DNA of 64,000 nucleotides from a virus (lineage: Duplodnaviria > Caudoviricetes): IMG/VR virus record IMGVR_UViG_3300042885_001472. One strand, given 5' to 3'. Under the pieces are notes generated by a model, which saw only the letters and a program-made list of their open reading frames with translations, was not told where the DNA came from and did not search any database. Below, piece by piece: positions 22,701 to 34,439 of the stretch. Numbering within the stretch: the stretch's first letter is position 1; every line of letters begins with the position of its first letter. The translations under genes were made by a program, and so were the position numbers.

Positions 22701-23434
22701 AATATCAAGTGTACACATTTCTAATTCAACACAATCTTTCAAATTAGATAACGCTTTTTGTGTGTTAATAACTGTTTTTATTTTCATTTTATTTGTTTAG
22801 TAAATATTTAAAAAATTCATCCATATCCATACTATATTCAACATCACCTTCTTTAAATGTATCCCATCTAGTGGCCATAGACATTAATTTAATAACTTCA
22901 TGTTCAGTGTACATTCTTTTAATGTTGTTTTCAGACATTACATTAGTGTATTTCTTTTGTTTACTATGTTTTGTATTTTTTTCTTCGTTAATTAGTTTAG
23001 CAAACCAAGTAACTTTATAATCGTTATATACACCACTTTCTTCTTGTACTTTTTCAAAATCTATAGTAGTAAACTCATCACCATCTTTAATGTAATGTAG
23101 TATATGGTCTGGATGCATAGGAATATAGTTTGATTCAGGTATTCTACTATGACTACCCATTACTCCTTTTATACCTGGTATTGTTTTGTAGGTGGTGTAT
23201 TTAACCAACCACTTACCTTCTGATTTATGTAATATTCCTTTCATATTAGTCTGTTAGTATTTTATTGTAGTAGTCCTCTGCTAAATGTTCAAAACTATTC
23301 ATTCCGTAATTCATTGATTTCTGTCCTTCAATGTGTGTTTTAATTATTAACTCTTTTTCTTTTAAAAGCATTTGATTTCTAAGTGGATTTTGTACTTGAA
23401 GCATATCCATTAATTCATGCATTGGTGTTTTCAT
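19735..23434 (-). CDS. Array of small hypothetical genes (19735-20142, 20160-20510, 20550-21248, 21250-21555, 21467-21808, 21828-22037, 22027-22320, 22387-22584, 22584-22787, 22789-23244, 23246-23434)
   Basis: Tightly packed co-oriented ORFs; some predicted starts are probably too far upstream; TACTTTTG promoter at 22325-22332. Confidence 0.7.
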
Positions 23435-23435
23435 A

Positions 23436-24606
23436 TTAATCTTCTTTATCTGTTATTTCTTTATGTAGTAATCCAAACCATAAGTTCTGTATCTGATGAA
23501 CAAACTCAATATCAAATGATACAACGTAATACATTCCATCATCATGTTCAAAAGCACTATCAGTATATTCTTGATAGAAAGCCCAATTTTTAGCCCAGTC
23601 TCTATACTTAAAACAATAGTTATTATCTTCTATACCCCTACACCAGTAATCATCTTTTTTAAAGAATCCCCATTCAATGAAGTGATCGTCTGTTAGAACA
23701 ATACCTTTGGTTCTTTCATAACTTTCCAATGTGTCTTGAGTTTCCTCTAAGTCAACGACAGTACATGAATTATGTCCTATATCTATTACCTTAGTGATTC
23801 TATTACCTAAATCTACTAAATTTCCTATTCTAAGTTCTTGTGGTTTCATATCTATTTTAATTTAAGTTCTTCTCCTGTTAATACAAAGTATAAGTTCTGT
23901 AATTGATGGACATATTCAATTTTAATGTTAAGTAAATCTCCAAGGTCAAATGTTTTATTATCTTTATCATAAACTAAAGAACTATCTAATACTTGTTTTC
24001 TAAGAGTTGAGTGAACATCCCAATCTGATGTCCAAAATTCAAATTTCAACAACCATTCCTCAGTTAATGGAATTGGTTTACACCAACTCCTTTCAGCCTC
24101 AAATACTTCTTGTATAGTCCATGGGGTAACAATACAAGGTTCTCCATTATTATCATAAAAATTTCCTACCCTTAATTCTTGTACTTTCATATCTATTTTA
24201 ATTTAAGTTCTTTCTTTAAAACATAAAACAAGTTCTGAAGTTCATGTACATAATCTATATCATTATCTCCTAATGTAAAAGTAATACCATTTCCATTTTG
24301 TCTAAATGGAAATCCATTTATATTCCAGGATTTCCATTCATTATCCCCATAACCATAAGACTTATAAGTACCACCAAACTTCAATAACCATTCTTCTGTT
24401 AATGGGATTGGTTCATACTGACTAATAACATCCATGTATGGATTTTCTACTTGAGTACCACTAACATCTTTAGCTTCGTATTCAATTACTGGTTCTCCAT
24501 CTTTTACCCACCATGAATATATGTTGTTACCCATTATTCCACTTATGATATGAGTGGTGTGTTCATAATAAACATAGTTTCCTATTCTAAGATCTGTCGG
24601 TGTCAT
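23436..24606 (-). CDS. Three tandem paralogous hypothetical proteins (23436-23849, 23852-24190, 24193-24606)
   Basis: Shared ELR[IV]GN N-terminus, [IV]xLT[ED] core and VHx[LI]QNL C-terminus. Confidence 0.8.
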
Positions 24607-26918
24607 ACGTTAATTATTTTATTTATTTTTCTAACTTTGAATGGGTGAAATATTTGAAGCCATAATTTTGTAAATCTCACATAAAATCTATTATCAACCT
24701 GATCACAAATATCTAAACCCATAACTCTTTGTTTAAGTTTTTTTAATTGTCTTTGATTACCATTGATTATACAATTTTTATATTCTTTTTTAAATTCTTT
24801 AACAGAGAATTTAACCATTCTCCAGAAGGGGATAATATGTACGTATGAGTATTCTCCGGATAACTTCCAAAATTCTAATTTCCACTTCCACCAAGAAGGT
24901 TGATATTCTTTTTCAATTGGGAATTTATGACCAAGTTCTTTAGGTATTAAATTAATTTTGTATTTTAATAGTTTTATCGTAATGGTTCTTTCTTTAATTT
25001 TATCTTTACCTAATTGGTAATGATAATTCCATGAATTAATGGCGAATGAATGACCGGTAGTTTGTTCTAAAGATTTAACTAGATCAGTATACGTTATACT
25101 ATCTGGTCGTTCACCGAAAAAACAATCACCATCTTCAATCCAGGAAACATCACATTGATTGGCGACACATTCTTCATTAGGACATTGATACCCATCTTTA
25201 AGTGAGGGAATTCCATTTGGATTTGAAACATGTTCACTCAAATCTTGATAATGATCTTTATGAGTAATACTTAATTTACTTCCACAAGAAGGACAATATA
25301 ATTCTCTTTTCATTAGTTTTATTTTTCTGGGTTTCCAAACATTATCCACGCAAATACACTTAATCCTTCAATTACTATTGTAAGCATCCACCAACCAACA
25401 GTTTCTCCTTTAGGATCGTACATACAAGCAATACACGGCCATATTAATAATGTTGTTACTATTACGAACAATAGTACTCTAAATAATATTTTTAAACCTT
25501 TCATAAATTAGTTATTATAGTTAATAATGTAACAAGTGTATATAATTGTGTACGTAAAGTAAAGAAAGAATACTACCCCCACAACAAATGTTGTAATAAA
25601 CAATCCAAATCCCCAAGTTTCACCAGGAGTCTCATCTTGATCACCTATAAAAATATTAGTCACTTTACCTATTAACCACGGGAGAAAAACTATACCTAAT
25701 AATGTTAGTATTGTTAGTACATGTACTTGTAATGTCGTAAATTCTGTTGTCATATTATTTATTTAATTCGTTATAGGTATTAATGATTTGTTCTATTTCA
25801 CTTATTTCAAAATCAGAACAGCCAATTCTAACTCCTTTAGGAAATGATACGGTGTAGCTTGTTCCAGAACCAGTTATCTTAGTGTTATTATCTGTCATAA
25901 TTCTATATACATTAAGTAGGTCTTTGTATACAATTACATTCTCACCATCAACAACAACACCATTACCAATCACAACCTTGATTCTACCAGTACCTAACAC
26001 TAATGTTTTGGTTTGGTCTTCTTTATAGATAGGCTCCCATGTTTCAACTATTTCTTTAGGTACTGAATAAGTGTTTTTGATTGTGTTGTTGGGTATATAT
26101 AAATCATTATTTCCACTATATTTGATATATAATGTTCCTTTTGGATGGTCACCCATAGTTATTGGTGATTTGTAACCGATTATTTCTTTTTTCATATTTG
26201 TTTTATTCTTTAAGATATATTTTTCAAATTGTTCAAATGTGATTAATGTTCCTACACTATTACCATACACATTACCTGGTGATACGCCACCATAGACATC
26301 TAGGTCACCTTCTGTTTCATAAAAATTAGGTGTCTGGGAACAAGCAAATTCACTCTGGTCAAACCATCTTCCTACTATCTTGGCTTGTTCTTTGGTGGTG
26401 ACATTAATATACCATTGTTTAGGTATTACAAATTCTTTATTCATCTTATTTATTTATATTAGTTTATTTATTATATTCCCAACCAACCCAAAACATTAAA
26501 CAAAGACAAGTTAATTGTATCCCAAGTAAAACTATATTGATTGGGAATATTGGAATTATCGCGGCCGTTGGGATAAAGGATATTAACCTGACCAACTCTT
26601 TTCGTTTTTTAATTTCTTCTTTCATCATTATCTATATTTTCTAATTAATTTAAAGATCTCTCCAATGTCGGTAAACCTTAATTCTTCACCAAGTTTAACC
26701 GGTAAGAACGCGATGGTGAATCCGTGATTGGCCATAAATTGTTCAGTGACACGAACACCATTAATAGTGTGAATATATATCCAAGGATAGTTACCACTTA
26801 ACTTAACCTCAATACCAAGTTTTTTCATCCGGTCAACGAATACTGTTAAAATATCTTTTCCCATAACTTTAGAATAATACCACAGTGACATTAAGTTTAT
26901 TGGTATGACCCAAATCAA
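24603..26918 (-). CDS. Hypothetical genes (24603-25349 with CxxC motifs; 25319-25504 and 25508-25753 two-TM membrane proteins; 25755-26444; 26628-26918)
   Basis: ORF track plus hydrophobic segments and CPSC/CPNEEC motifs. Confidence 0.7.
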
Positions 26919-27210
26919 TCATATGTTTAGTACCCTTAGATTTTCCGTCCCAGAACACAATTAATGTGTCAGCGTATTCGGCCATCTCCTTGTTTCTAAG
27001 AAACCCAGCGGACTTACCGAACTTAGCCCAATTAGGTAAAAACTTTTTAATGGGGATATTATTCTCAATAGCGTAACGTTCACCTAATAGATCAGCTCCC
27101 TTAGCTGTACCACTAACTATTTCAGTGATGGTATCAAGATTAGTAACATTAGTTTTAAGGAGGTCGTAGTCATTAAATGTTCTACTTCCAGCGATGATAA
27201 GTTTAGACAT
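26869..27210 (-). CDS. SLOG-family YspA/DUF2493 protein
   Basis: LIIAGSR..IVSGTAKGAD..RNKEMAEYAD..FWDGKSKGT is the characteristic motif set. Confidence 0.85.
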   Translation of the reverse strand: MSKLIIAGSRTFNDYDLLKTNVTNLDTITEIVSGTAKGADLLGERYAIENNIPIKKFLPNWAKFGKSAGFLRNKEMAEYADTLIVFWDGKSKGTKHMIDLGHTNKLNVTVVLF

Positions 27211-27264
27211 ATTTTTATTTTTTACGAAGATATGGAATATATTTTAAATAAACAAATTTATTAA

Positions 27265-27400
27265 GTGTGAGTTAGTAGCCAAACCCGGCCCATGACAACC
27301 AAACTACTAACCCAACACCTAATAACACTGGATGTGTTAATGTGGAAAACTATCAAATAAACCTCAATAACGTTTTACATCCAGAGACAACAAACAATGT
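27265..27400 (-). ncRNA. Putative small RNA with two long hairpins
   Basis: CTGGATGT (27328-35) pairs with ACATCCAG (27377-84); GTTAGTAG (27271-78) pairs with CTACTAAC (27304-11). TACATTTG promoter at 27403-27410 on minus; no ORF. Confidence 0.55.
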
Positions 27401-27506
27401 GACAAATGTAAGGATAATATTTTATAAAACAAAATAAAATATGTTAAAATTTAAAATATTTTTTATATTTAGCCGTAAGTGTAGTAATTGGTAGGGTTAT
27501 GGCCAA

Positions 27507-29222
27507 TTATAAGGCTTTTTTCATCAATAGTGAGGCTGTATACCCCTTTAAATTGAAAGTATCTTCTACCCAGGAACTTAGAACCACCTCTTTTTGATGA
27601 TATTTCATACCAAAAACAAATTCAAAAAATAACCAAATTTCATCATAATCAAACAAAAATTGTTTAGTTTTTTTATCCTGTTCTATAACAACTTTTCCAT
27701 CTTTTTTAAAAAAAATTGACTTAGGATAATATTCAGATTTAACAATTTCCAATTGATCAGGACTAAAGTAAAAGTTCATCCAGTTAGAGGGAGTTAATTT
27801 TAATCCACTAATGGATTTAAAGTAATTTGAATAGATTTCTTTAGTATAATGTTTAAATATTTTACTAATCTCATCATCACTAAAACCAATACCTTTTAAA
27901 TAAAGTACACTACCAAAAAGGTCTTCCATAGGGTTGGGATATTTTTTTTGTAATATACCTATCACTTTATTTAAATGAGGTTCTCTGATGGTTTTAAAAA
28001 TTTCTTTAATTTCATTTTCATCATAACCAGCTTCCTCTAAAAAGTTCTTAATATCTTTGTAAGAAGTTAAATTCATTTTAATCAACACATCAACAATTCT
28101 ATTATCAACGGTTTCTTTTAATATTTGTTTAATTAGTTTTTTCATTTAATATAAATAGTTGATAACTACATTAACTTTATTAATACCATCCACCGGTAAG
28201 GGGATTAATTTTACTATTTTCTATACCCATATAATTTTTTAACCACCTATCTAAATGAGATCTCATTTCATGTAGATCTAAATCAAATATTATTTGAATC
28301 GGTGACCATATACTACTTTTATCAACCCAAAAACCATTATTTGGTGGATGATATTCCATAACAATTTTACCATCTTTTGAATAATAAATGGAATCCATAT
28401 CAAGAACTGGTACAACATCATTATCAATAATATCAAGTTGATCAGGATTAAAATAAAAATTCATCCAATTGGATGGTGTCAAATCCATACCACTAATGGT
28501 TTTAAAGTAACTATTATAAATCTCATCAATTTCTTTAGAATCATATCCAACTTTTTTTAAAAACTCTTCAATTTCTTTAGTATTGGTCAAATTTAATTTA
28601 ATTAATACATCAATAATTCTATTATCAAAGGATTCTTTTAATATTTTCTTAATTAGTTGTTTCATTTAATATAAATATCTTTTTTAATTTAAAACTTCAC
28701 ACAAAATGTGTGATGTATAACCCTTTAATTTGAGAGTCTCCTCCAACGTTACCAGCGATAGCCGTTGGTTGATTTGGGTGTATAACCCTTTAATTTGAGA
28801 GTCTCCTCCAACCAGTATCTCAAAACTTCCCGCATTTGTTCGTATTCCATACCAAAAAACGATTCAAAAAATGACCAAATTTCTTTATAACTAAACCAAA
28901 AATACCTACTTTTTTTATTCTCTTCCATCACAACTTTCCCATCTTTCTTAAAGAAAATAGAATTTTTATATTCATCATCTTTAACAACTTCTAGTTTATC
29001 TGGACTAAAATAATAATTCATCCAGTTCATAGGTGTCAATTCTAATCCACTGATGGATTTAAAGTAACTATAATAAATTTCATTAATTTCTTTAGAATCA
29101 TATCCAGCTTCCTCTAAAAATTCTTTAATTTTCTTATAATCATTTAAATTTAATTTAATTAGGACATCAACGATTCTATTGTCAACGGTTTCTTTTAATA
29201 TGGTTCTAATAAGGTTTTTCAT
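27507..29222 (-). CDS. Three tandem paralogous leader-bearing proteins (27507-28145, 28180-28665, 28749-29222)
   Basis: All have LIxxILKE-xDNRI[VI]DVLIK[ML]NL and the YFKxISGLxLTPxNWMN..PDxL..KDGK[VI]V core; each has TATTTAT upstream. 39811 is a fourth member. Confidence 0.85.
28684..28812 (-). repeat. 34-bp identical direct repeat (28714-28747 and 28779-28812) with an alternative coding tail
   Basis: Both copies encode LEETLKLKGYT. The gene continues PKSTNGYRW*; the silent copy continues SHILCEVLN*. Confidence 0.85.
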
Positions 29223-29378
29223 CTATATTATAAATATGTTGGATTTTATATTAATTAACGGGGGTATAAATAAAAGAACCACAACCGGGGGAAATAATAC
29301 TAATAGTAATAATATAATACTATACCAATATAGTATAAATAATAAAGAAAGAGATAAAAGTATACAGAACTAGTATAA

Positions 29379-29813
29379 TTAAAAATAACCCATAGAGTAA
29401 TTATCCAATATGGAATCATCAAAAAAAGAATTATCCTTTATCCATATATGTAAAACAAAATTAACATCCTTAACAAAATACTCCAATGATGAAACAATGG
29501 AATGGTTAAACCATATTGTATGAACCCATGTATGATAATTTAAACTTAGGTCATAGGTAATAATAGTTAAATCATCATTTCTAATCATCATATCAAAATC
29601 ACTCTCAGAAGAAATGGTGGGAGAATCATAAACATAATTTAACCAGGTTACAGGAGTAAAATCTATACCGGTAATAAATTTAAAATACCCAAACCATATG
29701 GAAGTAATTTCAGATTCAGAATAACCACAATCAGATAGGAAGGTAAAAACTAATTTAACATCAGATACATTAAGTTTCATCTTAATCAGTATATCAAATA
29801 TTCGTATATCCAT
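29379..29813 (-). CDS. Diverged leaderless member of the 27507-29222 family
   Basis: RIFDILIKMKL..CGYSESEI..YFKFITGIDFTPVTWLNY aligns with the family core. Confidence 0.65.
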   Translation of the reverse strand: MDIRIFDILIKMKLNVSDVKLVFTFLSDCGYSESEITSIWFGYFKFITGIDFTPVTWLNYVYDSPTISSESDFDMMIRNDDLTIITYDLSLNYHTWVHTIWFNHSIVSSLEYFVKDVNFVLHIWIKDNSFFDDSILDNYSMGYF

Positions 29814-30606
29814 ATATTAAATCTAAGAGAGGTAAAAGAAATATGAGGGGGTATAATGTGTATAAAAAGATAATGTCACTAAGAAAGAATCTGATATGTT
29901 AAATGTCATTTAAATGTACTTAATCGTCTGATAACCGCCTCTACCCCTAAAATGGGGGTATTGTGAGAATATCATAAAATGATAAAGATTACCGATAAAA
30001 ATAGGGGTAATTGATGGTACAATAGGGGGGTTATAGTTTACAGTAGTGGGTTTACCATTTACTGAAGGGGTATTACTTCTACAACTGGGGTATAAATACT
30101 CAATCCATATCGCCCCTTCCACAAACTCACGATAATTCCCCCCCGGAAAGTTTCAAAAAGTTATTAACAAATCCCCCTTTTTTGAGATGAGTTACCCCCT
30201 TTCCTCTATTTTGACTATGTACTATTCCTTATTTTATCATACTGTAAATGTACTAAATTAATTTTATATATCCTAATTTTATTTGTTAAATTATTATATT
30301 ATAATCGGAACTATTCCGGCCGTCCCCCTTTAATCTTACATTCCCTGATCGGGGGGGATTTTAATATTTCATTAATTATCCAAGTGGATTGATCCGGATA
30401 TGGATTATCTACACTCAATGTTTCTAAGTATTGGGGTATTATTTTCCATGACGCTTTTTCTCTTGACTTAACTTCTGTTACCATTCTTAATTGGGGGGGA
30501 TTTTAATACCATATTAACCATATAATCTCCACCCCACCTCACCTTAACGTTTTTAACAATTGTTCCGGTATCTAAGATCATATCAATCTTTGATATTTGA
30601 TCCAGA

Positions 30607-31573
30607 CTATGGGTTAATGTTGTAGTTATCATTTTCTATATGGATTGAGGTTTCTAATATTTTATTCACCACATTATTATATTGAAAATTATACTGGGGG
30701 TGACTACATCTAACTTCGTTAATTTTTATACCCCTATATAATACTTCTTGTTCAATGGTGAATATTTGTTTTAATTTACTATAACGTACTTTTTTAATAA
30801 ATCCTTTTTCCATTTCTTAATACTTCTAATAGTTTATACTTCTGGAATAGACCGGTATTGAAATCTGGTAATAGTCTCTTCACTTTTGATATCTGGGTTA
30901 TAATATGAGTTTCATTTACCCCTGACATCATTATGTCTGAAGATACTATTGATTTTACATTCTTTATCATATCTTTTCCCATTTTTTATTATTTCTTCCG
31001 TGGTTTGACATTTTATTATACCTGTGGTGGGGTTAATTATACATTGTTCTTTACCCCTATGTGTCCACTTTACAATTTTTATCAAATCTCTTTCCATTTT
31101 CTATTATACCTTCTATACTTTGACCTACTGTACCAGTTGATTTAAATTTTATTTTAAATGTAACTACTATGGACGATGATTTTACCTCTTTAACCATTAC
31201 TATCTTCTAATATTTTTTCTACATCCCCCTCCGGTTGAGTATCCAGTTTCGCTGTGACTGTGTGTTTAACATTGGTAATGATGTTGGTAACATATTCTTT
31301 GATTAGGTCTACAAACTCTGGTTCATCCGACCCGGTTAAACTCATAAAGGATGTCCCCCAGTTATAAGACCACCACAATGTTCCGGACACCTCAAACTCC
31401 AATCTCCATTCCTTTGTCGTGGGGTTAATCCACCACCAAGATTCCAAAAGTTCACTATAATAAAGTTCATAAGATGATAGATCTTTATGTAATCGATCCA
31501 ACATAAATTCTTGATATCTTTCTTCCTGTGTCATATTAATTAATTTACCACTAAGGTATGGATTATATTCCAT
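30607..31573 (-). CDS. Small hypothetical genes (30607-30813, 30794-30982, 30912-31097, 31190-31573)
   Basis: Co-oriented ORFs; the starts of the overlapping ones are uncertain. Confidence 0.55.
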
Positions 31574-31759
31574 ATAAACAAATTATTTATGTTAATTTTT
31601 CGGTGGGGGGTGAAATCCCTTATTTTTTAAAAAAAGGTAGGGTGGAGTCCACACTCCAAGAACCCCCTTGGTTTCCAGCCCGTCTCAATTTACATTACCG
31701 ACAGTACGAAATTACGGAAATTAATTGGATTATCCTAATATTTATTGTATATTTATATC

Positions 31760-32697
31760 ATGAAAGATTTTAGAATTATAATTTGGAAAGAAAAATCAAT
31801 GAACAGTCAACGAGAAATAGAGATGGATCAGGCCGTGGATAAGGTTTTTAAAATAAAAGATAACTTATACGACCTATTTAATGGTTTACATGACTCAGAT
31901 TACGATTTACCCACAGATGATAAAGATTATGATGATATGTGGAACTTAATGAAAAGAATGGCTCATTTAGTTGTTAATAAACATTTTGGTTTTGATGAGG
32001 ATGATTATTACTTCCAGGATCTATATGTTGAAAATAATGAAGTATATTGTGAGATACACTTGAACTAAACCCCCTTTTAAACAGATATGAAAAAACTTAA
32101 AATTACCATAGAACCAAATAACTCTAATAAATTATTGGAACGTACACATAACATCTCCGATAAGATGTTTTATCTTGTTACATTACCCCTACAAGAATGG
32201 GGACCTGAAATGGATGATGTAAGTGAAAAAAATGTAGTAAGACTTCATGATCCAATGTTCCAAGTTAGTGATATTGTTATGGAATTATGGATTGAAGAAA
32301 CCTATGGTATTGAAAGAAAGGAATACTCTTTGGTGGATCTTGATGTTGACCCCACCAACGGGATAATAGAATACGATATAAAGATGAAATAATGAAGGGG
32401 TTAAGATTAATAGTAGTTAAAGGTGATAAGAGTGTTATGAATATTCCAATCCGGATAGAGGATCAGGTATTTACTTTATTAACATTAGATTGGGGTGTAC
32501 CCAGTGTTGTGAGTGTTAAAGATTATGATAAGATTGAAGATTGTTTATATAGTATAAGAGATACTATAAGCCAATCTTATATTAAACACCACTTAGATTT
32601 AGATTACCCCACAGATTATAAACACATTGATGTGGATATAAATAACGGAATGACCGAGGTTATGATAGAAATATTTATAAATGAAACAATTAATTAA
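31760..32697 (+). CDS. Three ~100-aa distantly paralogous acidic proteins (31760-32068, 32087-32392, 32392-32697)
   Basis: Similar length and pattern (DKVF/DKMF/DQVF; C-terminal D[VL]..N[NG]..E). TATTTAT at 31750. Confidence 0.65.
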
Positions 32698-32708
32698 AAT
32701 AGTTTATT

Positions 32709-33437
32709 ATGGCGGGAATAGTAAGAGAAAACATTGATAGGTGGTACGACCTTAATTTGGATGTGGATAATAGAACATTGTTTATGGGATCAGTAGGTTC
32801 TGATAGTGAGGGTTCTGAAACCGGAGTGGATAACTTTATGGCTGAATACTTCATCAAGGGTATTCACGTATTGGAATCAAAGAATGATAAACCCATCACC
32901 ATCATTATGAATAATCCTGGGGGTGACTGGTATCACGGAATGGCCATCTATGATTCGATCAATACATCCAAGTGTCATTGTACCATTAAGGTATATGGTC
33001 ACGCGATGTCAATGGGATCAATAATCTTACAGGCCGCGGATAAAAGAATAATGTTACCCAGTTCAAGGTTCATGATCCACTATGGTTATGATGGGAAGTA
33101 TGGTCACGCCAAGATGGTGGAGAAGTGGGCGGAGGAATGTAAAAGACTTAACCATAGTATGGAAAACATATACCTGGATAAACTAATGAAGAAGGAACTG
33201 GAACAAGGTATACCTTATATGGTTAATACATTTCAATCCATAATGAATAAACAAAAGGAATTTGATTACCCCACCAATAAGATCGGGGGAGTTAAGTATA
33301 CATTCTCCAGGAAGAATGATATTAGGAGAGAAGAATATAGAACCATACTAAAAGAAATGTTAAACTTTGATACCATACTCTCACCGGAAGAAACTATCTC
33401 ATTGGGATTCGCTGATGAAATATATCTACCCCTATAA
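32709..33437 (+). CDS. clpP: ATP-dependent Clp protease proteolytic subunit
   Basis: NNPGGD..GMAIYD, catalytic Ser in GHAMSMGS, His in RFMIHYG, and LSPEETISLGFADEI at the C-terminus. Confidence 0.9.
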   Translation: MAGIVRENIDRWYDLNLDVDNRTLFMGSVGSDSEGSETGVDNFMAEYFIKGIHVLESKNDKPITIIMNNPGGDWYHGMAIYDSINTSKCHCTIKVYGHAMSMGSIILQAADKRIMLPSSRFMIHYGYDGKYGHAKMVEKWAEECKRLNHSMENIYLDKLMKKELEQGIPYMVNTFQSIMNKQKEFDYPTNKIGGVKYTFSRKNDIRREEYRTILKEMLNFDTILSPEETISLGFADEIYLPL

Positions 33438-33489
33438 AAAATAATTAATTATTTAACAAATAAAAGTTGTTTTTTAATTTTATTATATA

Positions 33490-33497
33490 TATATTTG
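33490..33497 (+). promoter_or_regulatory. Bacteroidota sigma70-type -7 element TAnnTTTG (representative site)
   Basis: Intergenic and correctly oriented at 7580, 33490, 44385, 48496, 55630, 61628 (+) and 507, 12267, 22325, 27403, 51609 (-). Some sites have an upstream TTG in -33 position. Confidence 0.7.
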
Positions 33498-33519
33498 TAA
33501 CTTAAAACAATATAACTAT

Positions 33520-33699
33520 ATGAAAAAAATGATCATGATCTTGTCAATCGCCTTAGTAGGTTTGACATCATGTGGGTCTGGACCGGAAGGAACTGTTACA
33601 GCTGTAGATTCTACAGTAGTAGTAGTTGATACTCTTACAGTAGACACCACAGCGGTATCAACAACCACAACAACGGGCGTAGATACCACAAAGAAGTAG
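33520..33699 (+). CDS. Small Thr/Val-rich lipoprotein (59 aa; missed by the ORF track)
   Basis: MKKMIMILSIALVGLTS-C lipobox; mature part GSGPEGTVTAVDSTVVVVDTLTVDTTAVSTTTTTGVDTTKK; own TATATTTG promoter. Confidence 0.8.
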   Translation: MKKMIMILSIALVGLTSCGSGPEGTVTAVDSTVVVVDTLTVDTTAVSTTTTTGVDTTKK

Positions 33700-33709
33700 T
33701 AGGGACACT

Positions 33710-33760
33710 TGTGGGGAGGGAAAGGGCTTAAACCCCTCCCTCCCCCCCTAAGCGCTCTCC
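33710..33760 (+). terminator. GC-rich hairpin after the lipoprotein gene
   Basis: GGGGAGGG-AAAGGGCTTAAACCC-CTCCCTCCCC. Confidence 0.45.
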
Positions 33761-34069
33761 TCCTATGGGGGTCCCCCCAGTATCCCCTCTCCTGGTGGGC
33801 GGGTTTTTAGGGGTAGTATGTGGGGGGTGATGGTGTGAGAAAATTTTCTGGGAATTTTTCATTTTACATTTTAGGACCTTTTCATTTTACAAATTATAAA
33901 ACAAATCTTGTTCAATATTATTCCGCGTTCGTGATTATTGAACAAACTAAAGATATTAAGATTTTATAAAGTCGACCCCCTTCTAAAAGGTGAGGGGATT
34001 TTTTAAAAATTTTTTTGGAAAATTTTAAGTTTCAAAAGTTTGGAGTATTAATTAATAAAATATATAATA

Positions 34070-34297
34070 ATGACACAAATTAAAAAAGAACACTTAGTTT
34101 ATATGGATGATTACATCTATACACCAATATATTATAAAGGGGTACAGATAAAAGAGCCATTCTTTGAGGGTAAGGGTAATCATTCAGTTCATCAACTGGA
34201 GGAGTTATGTGAACAATTTAAAGATTATTGTCACCAACAAGCCATCATCAAACAAAATTGTATGAAACATATTATTGAGTTAAAGTTTGGGGGTTGA
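34070..34297 (+). CDS. Hypothetical protein
   Basis: Intact ORF with an A-rich upstream region. Confidence 0.55.
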   Translation: MTQIKKEHLVYMDDYIYTPIYYKGVQIKEPFFEGKGNHSVHQLEELCEQFKDYCHQQAIIKQNCMKHIIELKFGG

Positions 34298-34439
34298 ATT
34301 TAAAGATTAGTATACCCCCCCCCCCATCCACAAGAATTAAACTACCCCCCCTTCCATCACCAGTTAATCAATCCACCTATCCCAGGATAAAATAATTTTT
34401 TAACCTCCCTAGACCATATTTATATAAAAACATAATAGT

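Noticed and set aside
29910-30122. 70-aa ORF in the G/C-run region
   Set aside because: Low-complexity, Pro-rich translation of homopolymer tracts with no start context; treated as noncoding.
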